Assembly: GCF_006345805.1 (NCBI RefSeq)
Contig: NC_042999.1
Location: 143,654,001 to 143,718,000, forward strand
DNA from: Octopus sinensis
Lineage: Eukaryota
Length of the DNA stretch: 64,000 nucleotides
Reading direction: 5' to 3'
Shown: positions 25,956-39,560 of the stretch, in pieces
How positions within the stretch are numbered: position 1 is the stretch's first letter
How the letters are laid out: the number at the start of each line of letters is the position of its first letter
The notes under the pieces: model-generated
The model's database searches: none
Told to the model about the DNA's origin: nothing
The model's input: only the letters and a program-made list of their open reading frames with translations
Translations under genes and position numbers: made by a program

Positions 25956-26422
25956 CATTACCACCACCACCACCACCACCACCACCACCACCACCACCAC
26001 CCCACCAAAACCACCACCACCACCACCACCACCACCACCACCACAACCACCACCACCGCCCCCATCTTCTTCATCATCTTCTTCATCACCCTTGTTGTTG
26101 TTAATATAAATCACACTTAACTACTTTGTGAGTTTGAAAATGTTTTGCTATTATTCATTGTGTTGTTTATTTTGTTGTAAAAGTGATTTGAACAAAGATC
26201 GAAACCGATTAAGAAGTTAAGAAGTTGCAAGGCGAACTTCTTAACAATTCTGTCATACTGCGCCGACAGCATTGGCTTGCTATTGCAATAACGATGATGA
26301 CAATGATGATTATGCTGATGCTGATGATGATGAAGTAGGAAGAAGCAACACACACAAAAAAAAGAAAATGATATGGCAGAACGCTAACGACTTATACATC
26401 ATCATCGTCGTCGTTGCCGTCG

Positions 26423-26457
<35 letters not shown>

Positions 26458-26674
26458 GTCGTCGTCGTCGTCGTCGTCATCATCATTCTTATCTTTCTTG
26501 ACAAGGCGTTATAATACGCTCGTTCGATTGCTGGTGGTTTAAGGTTCAGCTTAAGAGTGGTATGAAGGATTGATAGGTAGGTGGTTGTGATATCACCAAT
26601 TGGTAGTGGTTGAGGAGTGAAAGCGAGAAAGAGAGAAAGAGAAAGACAAAATGTGAGGAAGAGAGATAGCGAGT

Positions 26675-26705
<31 letters not shown>

Positions 26706-27075
26706 CGAAAAAGAGAGAGGAAGGGAGAGAGTTGAGGAAGAATTTAGAAGAGGCATTATTCAGCCTTCAATCTCATTAATTATTGATTGCACGTCTTGAT
26801 GACTCCGAGAGAATAGGAAGTATTTATTATGTAGCGAAAGAGAATAAGGTAAAACAATATGTATGTATGCATGTATGTATGTATGTATGTATGTATGTAT
26901 GTATGTATGTATGTATGTATGTATGTATGTATGTATGTATGTACGTATGTATGTGTATGTATGCATGAATGCAGGCATTATGTATAAGTATATACACAGA
27001 TGGACAAATATATGTGTTTGTGTGTTTGTGCGCGCGTGTGTACATATATGCATTCGTATAAACATACATACATAT

Positions 27076-27129
<54 letters not shown>

Positions 27130-27178
27130 ATATATGTATGTGTGTATGTATACATATACATACATACTCATATTTATA

Positions 27179-27250
<72 letters not shown>

Positions 27251-27276
27251 TTTATATATATATAAATTATTTATAT

Positions 27277-27310
<34 letters not shown>

Positions 27311-28462
27311 CATATATATGTGTGTGTGTGCGCGCGTGCGCATGTGTGCGTGTATGTATATATCTTTATGATTAGGCTTTTGACATTTATATGTATGTGT
27401 GTTTATTTGTATTTATCTGTCGATAATGTTAGTGTGCATATGTATATGTTATTGCCTTCATACCTACCTACCTACTTACCTATCTACCTACCTACCTACC
27501 TACCTACCTACCTACCTACATACATACATACATACATACATACATACATACATACATACATACATCTCTGCGCGCATTTATACATTCATTCATATAAGAA
27601 TTCCTAATCCCATATACATACCACATTTGCATGGCAATGATTGCATAACAAACCATTTAAATGATGGAACGCTACCGAATGCTATAGTCCCAAAATGGCG
27701 TCAGCTGAGCTGAATTACAGGACTCTTCACACGTCTGTATTGCACTCGAATTATATTGCCTATCTAATGCGGGTGCAATTGGAGCAGACGACGCAAAGGT
27801 CTTAACTCTTCATGTCAATACTTTTGACGTTTGGCTCGCGTCTAACACGATATTGAATTTAATTTGTACGTGTTCAGTATGTCCGTCCATTCTCTGGGTT
27901 GCTTTGTTCGCAAATTCTACAGCCTTTTTGTTTTTCTTTCTGTTCATCTGTTCATCGTCCGGCTAGATTGCCTTCCTGCCAATGTACATGAATGAATGTA
28001 TGAATGAATGTGTATACTCAAGCATGTGTGCGTTCTTCATTTATACATATATGCTTACATACATAAAAAAAATTATATACACGTACTTGCACACACATAC
28101 TGACGCACACGCACACGCATACTGAGGCACACGCACAAAGCAAACAAAGACACACAGACGGACGCACGCACACACACACACACACACACGCACGCACGCA
28201 CGCTCACACACATACACACACACACGCACGCACGCACGCACACGAATACACAAAGGTGAATTTGGAAAGAACCATTTGCAGAAGACTTAAACGCAGTTAT
28301 TGAAGCAAAAGACAAGACTGAGGCACTATTTGTAACCCTCAAAGGAGACAGAAAAATTTTCCTAATGTGTCCGTAAGTCGGTATTAGGTTTGTTTTTCTG
28401 ATTATTATTGATTTACGATGTAATGGTTCTTTGTCAAACATCAATTGCACCATTTCGAACTA

Positions 28463-28814
28463 CAGTGATACTTCGCAGTACGAGTTTAATTCGTTCCATG
28501 ACCGAGCTCCTCTTACCATTTACTCGTTTTACAAATCAATAATTAATTCGTTCAAGCCCCCACTCCCTCACCAAACCATTCAAAAATAATTTTTTATGGG
28601 TTTTAAAACAGAAAAGGTGTAGTTACAAGTAAAATGACAATTATAAAAAAGGAGAATGTAAAAGAAATATGTAAACTGGTTTTATTAACTGAATTACCTC
28701 GTGTGCTCGTACTACGGATTTTCGCTCATACTTCAAGACAAAAATTCGCACGAGTCTCGACTCGTATCGCACACTACTCGTACAATGGTGCACTGGTACT
28801 ACGAGGCTCTACTG
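28463..28814. mobile_element. pogo/Tigger-type MITE
   Basis: TA|CAGTGATACTTCGCAGTAC at the left and GTACTACGAGGCTCTACTG|TA at the right: CAGT-start TIRs with TA duplication. Confidence 0.6.
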
Positions 28815-29239
28815 TATTATATTATAGAGGGGCTCTCTCCAAGCTAGACAAGACGATGTCTGTAGACATATTTTTTTGCATTTGCACTCTGCTAACAAAC
28901 TAAGAACAGTTACTGATCGCCGAAAGTACGACGGGGTTAACGGTAAAAATTTTTGTTTTATCTAACGATAATAAAACCATTTGTTTTGTCTAACGATAAT
29001 AAAACCATCAGCAACACTATCATTCTCATGTTCTTTTTCTCCCATTATAAAATGGCAATAATAACAAGCAAATAAAACCAAGGAGATGTAGAAATGCTGG
29101 TGGATCGAGAAAGTTTATTGTTCAAAACAAATTTCAAAAAGTTTATGAGAAAATATGAACAATTCTTAATAGAAAGATAAAACAAAATGAGTGCAGTTTT
29201 GTTTCTTTTATTTTATAGTCAACGTTGTTCTCTTTCTGC

Positions 29240-29880
29240 TGCCAGTTATAATTAGAGAAAGCTCAGCTCATTTATTATTACTATTGTTTTTTGACAATAT
29301 ACCCGAAGGAACCTACGTGGTTGACATATCGCTGCTGTATTTACTCTCTACCATTCCTGTGTAATGATTATTATCTAATGATCTGTTTGACTTGATGGAG
29401 ATAATTTCGATTTGGTACCCTAGCGCATCAGCATTCCAAGACTAGTTGAACGAGTATCTTCGCATGTATATCCTGTTTATGTTCGTCTTAATGATTTATA
29501 TGTCATAATGTTCATCATATTTGGAGTGCGACAATAAATCACTTTTAAATAACTTCTGTTGAAATTTTTGTTGTATTGCATTATGAATTGCGATCACTCC
29601 TCGTTATTAATACATCATCAACCAAAGAAAGAGTATCGTACTAGTGTGCCCGATGTAACAAACTGAATTATGAAATTTTGCAACTTTCATTTTATACTAC
29701 ATAAACTGACACTCAAGTGAGCTTTGTGGCTGACTAATTTCTGTTTCCGTGTTGATAAGAATTTTTTTCTTTATTCAGGTGTTTTGCAAAATCTTCTATG
29801 AGTTTGTGTTTAGATTTGGTACAAGCTGTGATTTGCTTTATGAGCTTTTAATGAATTTACAAACGCTACTGTTTCAAACT
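29240..29880 (-). mobile_element. Highly decayed Penelope-like RT-to-endonuclease linker
   Basis: FNRSYLKVIYCRTPNMMNIMT resembles the PLE F......KISYSC.PN...II motif; other motifs are weak. Confidence 0.35.
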
Positions 29881-30119
29881 AAACATAGGATTTAAAGGAA
29901 ATGCGAGAAATCGTTAGTAAAAAGATTAAATTTGAACATAAACTCTCATTATTATAAAACACTAACACTACACATACACTTATATATATGTACAATGTAT
30001 ATATACATACATACATATATACATATACATAAACTAATACATACATACATACATACATACATACTACATACATACATACATACATACATACATACATACA
30101 TACATGCATATATACATAC

Positions 30120-30191
<72 letters not shown>

Positions 30192-30214
30192 ATATACACA
30201 CGTATGTATGTATA

Positions 30215-31169
30215 TATGGATCAAAACAATTTGATTCAAATTCTTTGGTACACTTGAGTTTCAAGCGTGATGCTAGTCGTCAGCCATTTTATTACCGTAA
30301 AGTGAGCTGCGATTGGTCGAGGAAGGACACGTGGTGTCGTGGTTTGATGTTGGTATGTGGGTAACTGTTAGTTGAAAAATTCCGCTTGATGAACTAGAAT
30401 TTGACCTCGTGGAGGACAGAAAATAGACCACGTGGTGATTAGGAAATCGGTCAGGTTATTAGGAGAAGAGTAGGAAGGAGCGGCATGTGTAAGTACATAG
30501 TTCTATATGTGGGTGTGTAGACGTGCTCAGATAGTTTTGCGTGCATGTGTATATTGATGCAAGTGCGCACATCTGCACACACACAAACACACACACGCTT
30601 GGACGAACACACAATGCCGTACACGCAAACACATAAACACACATACGCGCACACATGCACACACATACATACACGCACACACATGCGTATTCATTCATAT
30701 GTACATTTGTATATTCGCACGCATGTACGCATGCATATCAGTGTGCGCGCATATACGCATGCGCGAGCATATGTGCACTCACAAGCGCGTGCGCAAGTAT
30801 ACACGTGCAAAACACGTTGGGAATTGGTTAGCGTTGGGGATTGGTATGCGTTGGAGGTTGGTATACGTTGGGGATTGGTAAATGGTGGTCCTGCTCATGG
30901 GGTTGGTTGGTTTGTTGGTAGCAGTGACCTTGGTGCAGACGATGCAGAATAGCAGCTGGTGCTAAGGTGGTATATCCGGGTTATCGGCAGTTAGAAGCCT
31001 GAAATTTACCAGAAGGGCATACCTCTGGTGACAGCGGATTGTTGGAGGATAAGAAGTTTTTCGCGGAGGCAAAGCTGACGGTTGGGGGTGGCGGGTGAAT
31101 ATGGTGGCGCTCTGTAACTTCCAATAAATTGGTTGAGTTCCCCTTCTTTCGTTTGTCCAAACACTCGTA
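30215..31169 (-). mobile_element. Non-autonomous Penelope-like element (GIY-YIG remnant, CA-rich UTR, HHR-bearing pLTR), copy 1
   Basis: Collinear with 53478-54500; HHR at 30246-30286; 31114-31169 is the inverse of the pLTR terminal piece seen at 53421-53475. Confidence 0.75.
30246..30286 (-). ncRNA. Type I hammerhead ribozyme motif, all core nucleotides intact
   Basis: Minus strand reads TGG CTGACGA CT AGC ATCAC GCT T GAA AC TCAAGT GT A CCA: stem I TGG/CCA, CUGACGA, stem II AGC/GCT, GAAA, stem III AC/GT, GUA cleavage triplet. Confidence 0.65.
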
Positions 31170-31173
31170 TATA

Positions 31174-31233
<60 letters not shown>

Positions 31234-31329
31234 AGACGTTAAATAAACACACTCACACATATACATACATACATGCATACATACATACATACATACATAC
31301 ATACATACATACATACATACATACATACA

Positions 31330-31361
<32 letters not shown>

Positions 31362-31423
31362 CACACACACACACATATATATGCATATGTGTGTGTTTGT
31401 ATGTATGTATGTATGTATGTATG

Positions 31424-31455
<32 letters not shown>

Positions 31456-32191
31456 TGTATATGTATGTATGTATGTATATACGTACATACATACATGCAC
31501 ATATATATAAACACTTGAGTGCAGAAACAATGTCCCTGAAATGATCAGAAAATAGACAGAGAAATGTGTCCTGCAATTAGATAACTCTATTACAAAAGCA
31601 AATCATGCAATGGATGACAGAATCAATAGTGTTCTACCTCTTTTTGTTCCAGATTTAAATTGTACTGGAAGTAATGTTCATTCTCTCCGAGTCGATCAAA
31701 TTACACAATGAGAGAATATAATCCACTATACTCGAACGCAGAAATTTGTCTCTTTGTTCTTATAGTAGAAATCCTATAAAACTCTAAAAACTGCTTCTAT
31801 GCCATACTTGTAGCAATATTCAACCTTATCTGAATTAGAGAGTATTTCGGGAAACATTCACTTGGCCTATAACACCAATTTGTGCTGCTATGCAAAATTT
31901 CAGATACTTGGATGCAAATCTGTGGCCTAAAAGTTGCAACATGCATTCACTTTTACATATGAAGATAAAAAAGGTACCGTATAGATGTAGTAATTTCTCA
32001 GTAGCTGAGTCGACGAAGTGATTTCGTTGTCTAAGGATTCGTTTAGTTCACACAATATGTTTATGTTACTACTACAAACTACCTTTTACTTGTGCTTTGA
32101 AATCCGATATATATTTACTATATTGTAAAATTACCTCTAATATTCTAATTTCTCTATGATATCGAGGTATAACTTTATCATTAGTATATAT

Positions 32192-32228
<37 letters not shown>

Positions 32229-34694
32229 CTGTAAGACTACGCATAGGCGATGCAGAAAGTACCAGTCAAGAACTGGGATCGATTGCAGGCTTTATATAGT
32301 TTATGTTGGGTATTAATATCATACAAAGCTCAAAACCTCCTGCCAGCTTATTATCTGCAGTATCATGCTATAAAATTACCTCCTATAACTTACTATAAAA
32401 ATAACGATCTCATTGGCTCATAGGGATTTGTGCGTGCGTGTGTGTGCATGTGTGTGTGAGTGCGCGTGCATAAGTGTACACCAACGAAAACACGCTTTCT
32501 TTATGTATGAGAGAGAGAGAAGAGAGGGGGAGAGAGAGAGAAAGGATGACATAGAAAGGGAGAGATAGAAAGAGAAAGAAACATGTTCAAATGTCCCATG
32601 TGCTACTGCAGTAGATAATCAATTACTTTACATTCCATGATCAAAGGTATATATATATATCAATGGTTGACCAAATCTATTCATTTCGGAACGAGTGTTT
32701 TAGATAATCATGCCATTTTCGAGAGCATTTGTGAGTGAAAAAAACTGAGATGGGCAATTGTCTCAAGCTTTGGTACGGTAAATCGAGAGCTTGCTACCTA
32801 TGATACAGCACGGCTCTGTGTATTCGCTCACGCGCGCGCGCGTGTGTGTGTGTGTGTGTTGTGTCTATGTGTTTGTTTTATGTATCTATATGTGTGTGTT
32901 TGTAAACTCTTGGAACAGATACACGTAGACATAATTATGGAGATAAAGGCGTGTCATAGCGCAATTAGACACATTTATTAGTCATAATATTGATTTTAAT
33001 CGTTCATTTTCACAAACTGTCATTGAAGTACATTGTTACTTGCAGGTGCACCCCTTAGTTTTAGCAGGTGATGCTTTTCAATACGAAATCAAAATGATTT
33101 TACAATCCAACCGGTCTATAGACTAAGCTGTTTTACCTTCGATTTCGCTACGTGGCACTGTGGTCTGATGTATATCTGCTAAAGCCTTGTGTATAAAATT
33201 TGATATTGAAGGGTTGCATGGAAGGCATCAGAGGAATTGCTTCTGGCATTGGCTGATAGACATAATCTGTTACTTAGTTTGTCACCATCACCTAGTCTTT
33301 AGGTGTTTTAGTAGAGTTCACTCTATTTCAAGCATTTGGGCCATGTTTATGGTCTGAATATAACTGTCTTTCCCCAACCATTCATAGAGGCTACGTAAAA
33401 GGTTAAGGGACTGCCTTTTCTTCTCTTTAAACTTAATGCGCATGCACTACAGAGTTCAAAGTCAATCTGTGTCAATCGACTTCACACTGCGTGTTTTAGC
33501 TTCGTTACTATGGCAACAGTCCGCATGTTACCGGCTGACACTCGCTGACGATACACCGAAGAGGCCAGGGGACAGAAGAAAGAAGAAGAAAGAAGGCATT
33601 ACCCAACACCAGAGCTGAAGACACCTCCGGAAGGGTGGGGCCCGCCACGTCAAAACGATAGAGGAGTAGGGGCCGAAACCGGACGTGGTTCCTCCTGATG
33701 ATGTCTTGAGCTAACTGGATCCTATAAAGGAGGTGTTGTGGTAGCAGACCACGAAACACGGTTGTAATTCCCCTATATATATACATACATACATATATAA
33801 TTTCTTACCATTGTTTAAATTATTTTTTATCAAATATTTGTTATTATTTTTCAATTAAATAAATGTTTTTAAACATATCTTAAAATGCTTATCTGATATT
33901 CTTTCCACCTGCATATTCTATATACTTAAATACAATATCTATAATAATTATCTTTCTGGTATCTAGAGGTTTGTAGTGCACATACATACATACATACATA
34001 CATACATACATACATACATACATACATACATAAATATATGCACACACATACAGACACATACATATATATATACATACATATATACATTCGTACATACATA
34101 AATATATTTATATAGTTGAAAAATATCGTTATAGGTATAAATATACCACAAACAATTATATAAAAATGGAGGAGTAAAAGATGTTGCATCAAAATTAGAT
34201 TTAATACAAATTTGGATTCATTACATACGCGCGTTTCAAAGGACAATACAAATATGTAAGAAAAAAATTATTATCATAGTAATTATAATTAAATTTATGC
34301 ATTGTCATTCTCATCAGTGTGAAGAATTTTTGGAAGGACATAAAAAAAGTTTAATAAAATAAAGTAAAGTAAAATAAGATACAATAAGGGAGAATACAAA
34401 AGAGGTAATAGGGAAAAATCGGATATTTAGAAGCAAGTTGTAAAAGGGAAAAAAATAACAGTAATAATAATAGTGAGAGAGACGAAAGAGAAAAAAGACA
34501 GACATATCAATGTGTATGCACGGGAATATGTGCAGTAAACTATAACATAAAAATAAGAATAAAAATCTAACAGATATGTCACAACGCAACATGATATTGT
34601 CGCTAAAACAATATATAATTCTATCAGAATAAAAGACTGTCCTGTGATAATTATAGAGTATCCTTATAATTAAATTCATACATAAACATGAACA

Positions 34695-35060
34695 CAAGGA
34701 ATACTGGGGGAACGTTCATGTCAGAACTTCTAACAAGTGCGAGCATAAAAGGCCAGATATCATTGTCTAGGACAGACAAAAAAGAGTATAAACTGTCGCC
34801 AAGATCAACTGCCCTGTTGATGTATATACCTCTTTGAAAATCAAAGATAAAAGCGGATAACTATCTTCAACTTCTCTACCCAGATTACAAATTCTAATTT
34901 ATATTCGTAATAATTGATGCACGTGATTTTGTAAGTAAATGTCTGAGTGACACTGTAGAGTTTTCACGAAAATAAATCCACCAGCTAAAACACTCATTAC
35001 AAATATAATTTGTAAGCGGAAGAGTAAAACTTTGCAAAACTTTTCTCAAATTCAACGTGT
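34695..35060 (+). mobile_element. R4/Dong-like RLE fragment (copy 3, old)
   Basis: KEYWGNVHVRTSNKCEHKRPDIIV*DRQK...KINCPVD is homologous to 18440-18560. Confidence 0.7.
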
Positions 35061-35194
35061 GGATTTGTTCTTGTTATTTACATTTCAAAAAATGGAGTCT
35101 TATATCTTTGTTACAAACCAGCTCCTTCCAAACAGGAAGTTTTCAAACAGTTAAAATAATAGAGAATACATGCATACAATAATAACTTCTGATT

Positions 35195-35395
35195 TAGGCG
35201 AAAGTATAGCAATTTTGAGAGGGTGTAATCGATATTACCGAACCCAGTACTTCACTGATACTTAATTTTATCAACCACTGCGAGATGAAAAATAAAGTTG
35301 AACTCGGTGGGGTTTGAACTCAGACGGTAAAGTGCCGAAGTAAATATTGCAAAGTATTTTTCCCCACACTTCTAACGATTCTGTTCGCTCACCCA
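35195..35395 (-). mobile_element. Old SINE family A copy
   Basis: TTTGAACTCAG (rc of B box) and degenerate AAAGTTGAACTCGG and GATACTTAATTTTATC segments. Confidence 0.6.
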
Positions 35396-35959
35396 AAAGC
35401 TATTTATTCCTAGTTTGTGTTGCCACGTTTCAAAACATTTCATTTTTAACTTATATAACCTTCTATCAATCCATGAAATCGAAGCTAATAAAACCTCTGA
35501 CATCATAATAGAGAGATAACTAAATAAGTAAATGCCTGTGGCAGTTGACGATAATAATTAGCGGAATGAGGTTTGAAAATGGTTCTAATGTAGAAAAGAA
35601 GACGAAGAGTTATATAGGAATAACAAAGAGCAGGAGAGTTGGTGAGGAAAGAAATAACGGACAAAGAGAGAAAGAGAAGAGATGTAAGGAGTAGAAAGAA
35701 GGTAAACAAAAAGGCCTGATGAATTAAAGAAAAGCCAGAAAAGAATGAAGCATGATGGGTATATAATATATACAGAAATTACTAGATTAAGAACTGCATC
35801 TATAATGCACTTATTAGACTTCATCTACAAGTTTAACCCAAACATATAACCAGTACCTGCATATAATTTATCGTCTGAGAAAGCTACTTCACGGCGAAAC
35901 TTCGAAGTCATTATCAAACTTTTCCTTCTATGTGTGAATGTGTATATGATTGAAATATA

Positions 35960-36400
35960 TGATGGTTATTCACTTTTGACCGAGGAAGACCGTCGCTGGC
36001 CATTGCCCATGTAAAATGCCAGCAATGTCCGTATTATTACACCAATAATCGGCTCCCCCAGTTTCGCATCTGAGGCTCCCATGCACTCCGCAGTGTTCTC
36101 CTACTCGACCGGGCATTGGATAGTCACCTCGCAAGCAATTGCAGAGCCTAAAAGTTTGAGTCCAATAAAACTTGCACAACATCTCACAAACACTCTCTAC
36201 CCTACTGACATGATCCAGAAACAAACCAGGGCAAGATATCCAATGTCAATAATGGATTGCAGGTTCGGAGCTTTTACACTTGCTGGGTTCCTAGCAACCC
36301 TCATCACCAGGCAAGCCTAGTGCAGGTGCCAATTTAGTCGCCAACGAGCCAACCATGCAACAGGTTATACTAAATCCATGTTATCAGTAGTATACATGGA
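35960..36400 (-). mobile_element. GC-richer segment, possibly an RTE 5' UTR remnant
   Basis: GC well above flanks; minus-strand CGTTGGCGACTAAA resembles the GGCGACTAAA motif I recall from RTE 5' UTRs; no convincing protein motif. Confidence 0.3.
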
Positions 36401-36437
36401 AGATCTTACAAGTTACCTGAGATTTGTGATGTATCTC

Positions 36438-36470
<33 letters not shown>

Positions 36471-38215
36471 TGTATGTATGTATGTATGTATGTATGTATG
36501 TATACACATGTGTGTGTTTGTTGTATACTTTTTATGACTAATAGAATAACACCTCAATATTTTTGGTCACGTGGGTATGCAAACTTAATGAATTCGTGGG
36601 ATATTGCTTCATAAGAATACAATGTTTACCCCAACTTTTAAATTTATAACATTTTACTTTTGAAGTCATATCTTAATTGATCGTCAGTTATTATTGATTG
36701 AAGATAAACTCTCAAAGTTATGTTTTTGCTCCAAACAACTGTAGACAGACAAATAAAATAGCTATCAGTATTTTTGGTATAACATCAATTTTCATATAAT
36801 TTTATCAACTACTTTTGGCATGATGATATAAAACCTTCTTTATAATGGTATAAAATTTATCCTCGATATCATGATATAAAATTACCTTTTGACGCCATGC
36901 TTTACATTTTTCATTAAGTCTGTGAACAAGAATATAGTCAATATGTATAGCAGTATACTTTATCTAGCCAATTACAGTCTCATTGTAGACGATGTCAACT
37001 TGTCTCCTGGATAACTTACAATTGGTAACTTCTTTTGAAGCGATTTTATCAATATCGATAACAACAATTACCACCACTGTTATTCTCACTGTCACCATAG
37101 CCACCACCAGTATGTTCACCATATTTACAAACTCTATCTTCATTAGGAGCCACCACCATCACCATAAAAACAGAAGCAGCAACAAAAAATCTCCTCACTA
37201 CCACTATCAACAATACAATCGTCATCATAACTATCACCAAAGTTAGCATGAGCCGCCAAATACATTATCACTGATTATATTTCTATGACTACCACCCCCG
37301 CCACCACTATCGGCATTATCACCACTGCCATCACTACCAGCGCCATCACCACTATTACCTGGAGCTTACCTGGAGCTAAATGACGACTGAATTGTAGCAA
37401 AAGTGTTTCTTATTCCTGATATATACTTAAATACTTCATCAGTGTTGAGCATCTATTGACTGTCTTTCTCTCTGCTGTAGTAGTGATGTTTACATATCGA
37501 AGAAATCACTGAAATGTTGGCTGCCGTCCAATCAGACAATCACAGAATTTTATGTTTGCTATGTTTGCTATAAGGGTCTTTGAAAAAAATTGGGTTGATT
37601 GTGGCTATTGTAAAGAATTATTGTAAATTGTATTGATTAGTCAAATGATATGAATGGAACAATTTTCTCCATGTGTTGTTTTTGTGAGAAGAGAAATAGA
37701 AGGAACTAATGTATACAACCTGATTATAACGAACTACCGATGGATCCCCTACACCGTCGCTTAAAATAACAGCAAATTTACTCATATTATACCATGCTGT
37801 TCTAGAAACTGGAAGTGATGCATTGTACCTAGAGTAATACAATCTTTGGTACATTAAACAAAGATGGGATGGTTCCTGTCTCAAGCATTTGATAACTAAA
37901 GCATACGCTACTCTGCCACATAGTAACTCAACTCGAACTCACCTACAAACGCCTTTACAAATTATTTTATTTCTCCAAATTGCATCTCTCTGAAATTTTC
38001 TCCTCGACCATGCTAGCACACTTATCCAGATTAACCAGTCGTGCCTTTGCTTGTCTGTTTGTCTGCTCTTTCTCCTCTCTCTCCTCTCTCTTTTCTCCCT
38101 CTCTCCTCTTCCGCACTCTCTCTTCCTCCTCTCTCTCCTCCACCTCTCTCTCCTCCACTTCTCTCCCATTTCTCTCACTTTGTCTCTCTCCTCCACCTCT
38201 CTCCCCTCTCTCTCA

Positions 38216-38252
<37 letters not shown>

Positions 38253-38489
38253 GTTGACCCTTACAACGTCTCAATCTTCAAATTAAAAGCCTACACTTAA
38301 TACTTTGCATAATTCTTTCTCCCTAGATATTCAACCCACCGGAACTCTGCATTCTTACGAATTCCTTATATCAACCATATCGATCTCACCAGTCGGGGAT
38401 GTACCACAACTTCTTTAACATTAAATCGAAGTAGAGGATATCTTCAAATTTAATCTCTTTCATTTTTCATAACTGTACCGACTAATATT

Positions 38490-39560
38490 TAAAATGAAAT
38501 TTTATTCATACAGTCTGCATTATAGGAAGAAACGGTCTCTGTTAAAAAAGCTGTTTCCAGGTTGTGTTTTTTTTTCTTTCTGGCATTTTTTTTCTTCAGT
38601 AAGCTAGTATTGAACAAAATTTGCAGCAACCACTTCTTCGCATGCTCGCCTCCAGTTCTTACGGTACTTCGCGAAACTTTTCCAGTTGTTAGATAGGATA
38701 TTGCACAATGAAACAGTCTTCAGAATCGAGTAAAAAGCATCATTTAGGTGCACCTATTGACTGCTGACTGGGGATAACCTAAGAGTACAAGTGCTGTTTG
38801 GATATTCTCGTTCCAACCATAAGAGTTGATATTTTTCAACGATGGTTTGGATTTTCAAGTATTTAGTTTTTATCAATATTTCATTGCTTGTAGAATAATC
38901 ATCGTATTTGGCGTTCAAAATCAATCTTATTTGATGAAAACTATCAAGCTAACGTATTTGTTATTGATACGCCAAATTTCATAAAAGACAACACTTAAAC
39001 GAGCTGTTCTTAGTCGGTTGGTGATGTTATCGTCAAAGAAGCAGACATGGAGAAGATACTGGAGATAGGAAAAAGACAAGACCTCTTTGAAGCACCACTA
39101 TGAGTAGTAATTTGAAGATGTTTTCTTTCTCTTCCAAGTCGATTTTAAAGAAGAGTCTTCGTGAAACTAAACTGAAAGTAAGCTCAAACGTCTTGTAAGC
39201 GTGAACAAATATCCCAGAAGTGAGTTGAAGATAAGCTTCAGTTAGAAATAGGGCGGAACTGTCATCAACATACAGTATCTTACAGATCATAGTCGTATTT
39301 TTAATGTTTTTTTCTTGCTTTGAACTTTCGGAGCCAGAAAAGTCTTTTATTCTACTTATATATATATGATCTGGAACATTGAATGAAAGGAGGCTGCATA
39401 CGAGCATGTAGCCCATTTTAACATCACTGTAGATGTCGAATCCAGGAGCAAATTTACTTTAACAAAACACTGGCACTTTCATGCTCATAACAAGAGACTG
39501 AAACGTTTCAGTGAAATAGTCTGGGTACGTGAACCTCTCTGTATGCCCTGTAAGGCTCTC
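38490..39560 (-). mobile_element. RTE (BovB-like) LINE fossil
   Basis: ICKILYVDDSSALFLTEAYLQL....F.HAYKTFELTFSL corresponds to the RT YADD region of RTE elements; downstream NWKSFAKYRKNWRRAC matches the W...A..R..WR motif. Confidence 0.75.

Noticed and set aside
28282-28372. Candidate coding exon ([30 protein letters not shown]) with GTAAGT donor
   Set aside because: Weak acceptor and no recognisable homology; cannot be supported without RNA-seq.
28960-29010. About 30-bp tandem duplication (TCTAACGATAATAAAACCAT twice)
   Set aside because: Ordinary slippage duplication with no further structure.
31653-31670. 18-nt microexon candidate with a strong polypyrimidine acceptor
   Set aside because: Such signal pairs arise by chance; junction reads would be needed.
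33100-33420. Gypsy RNase H remnant (minus, RQLYSDHK...QPFNIKF)
   Set aside because: Similarity is too weak to call by eye.
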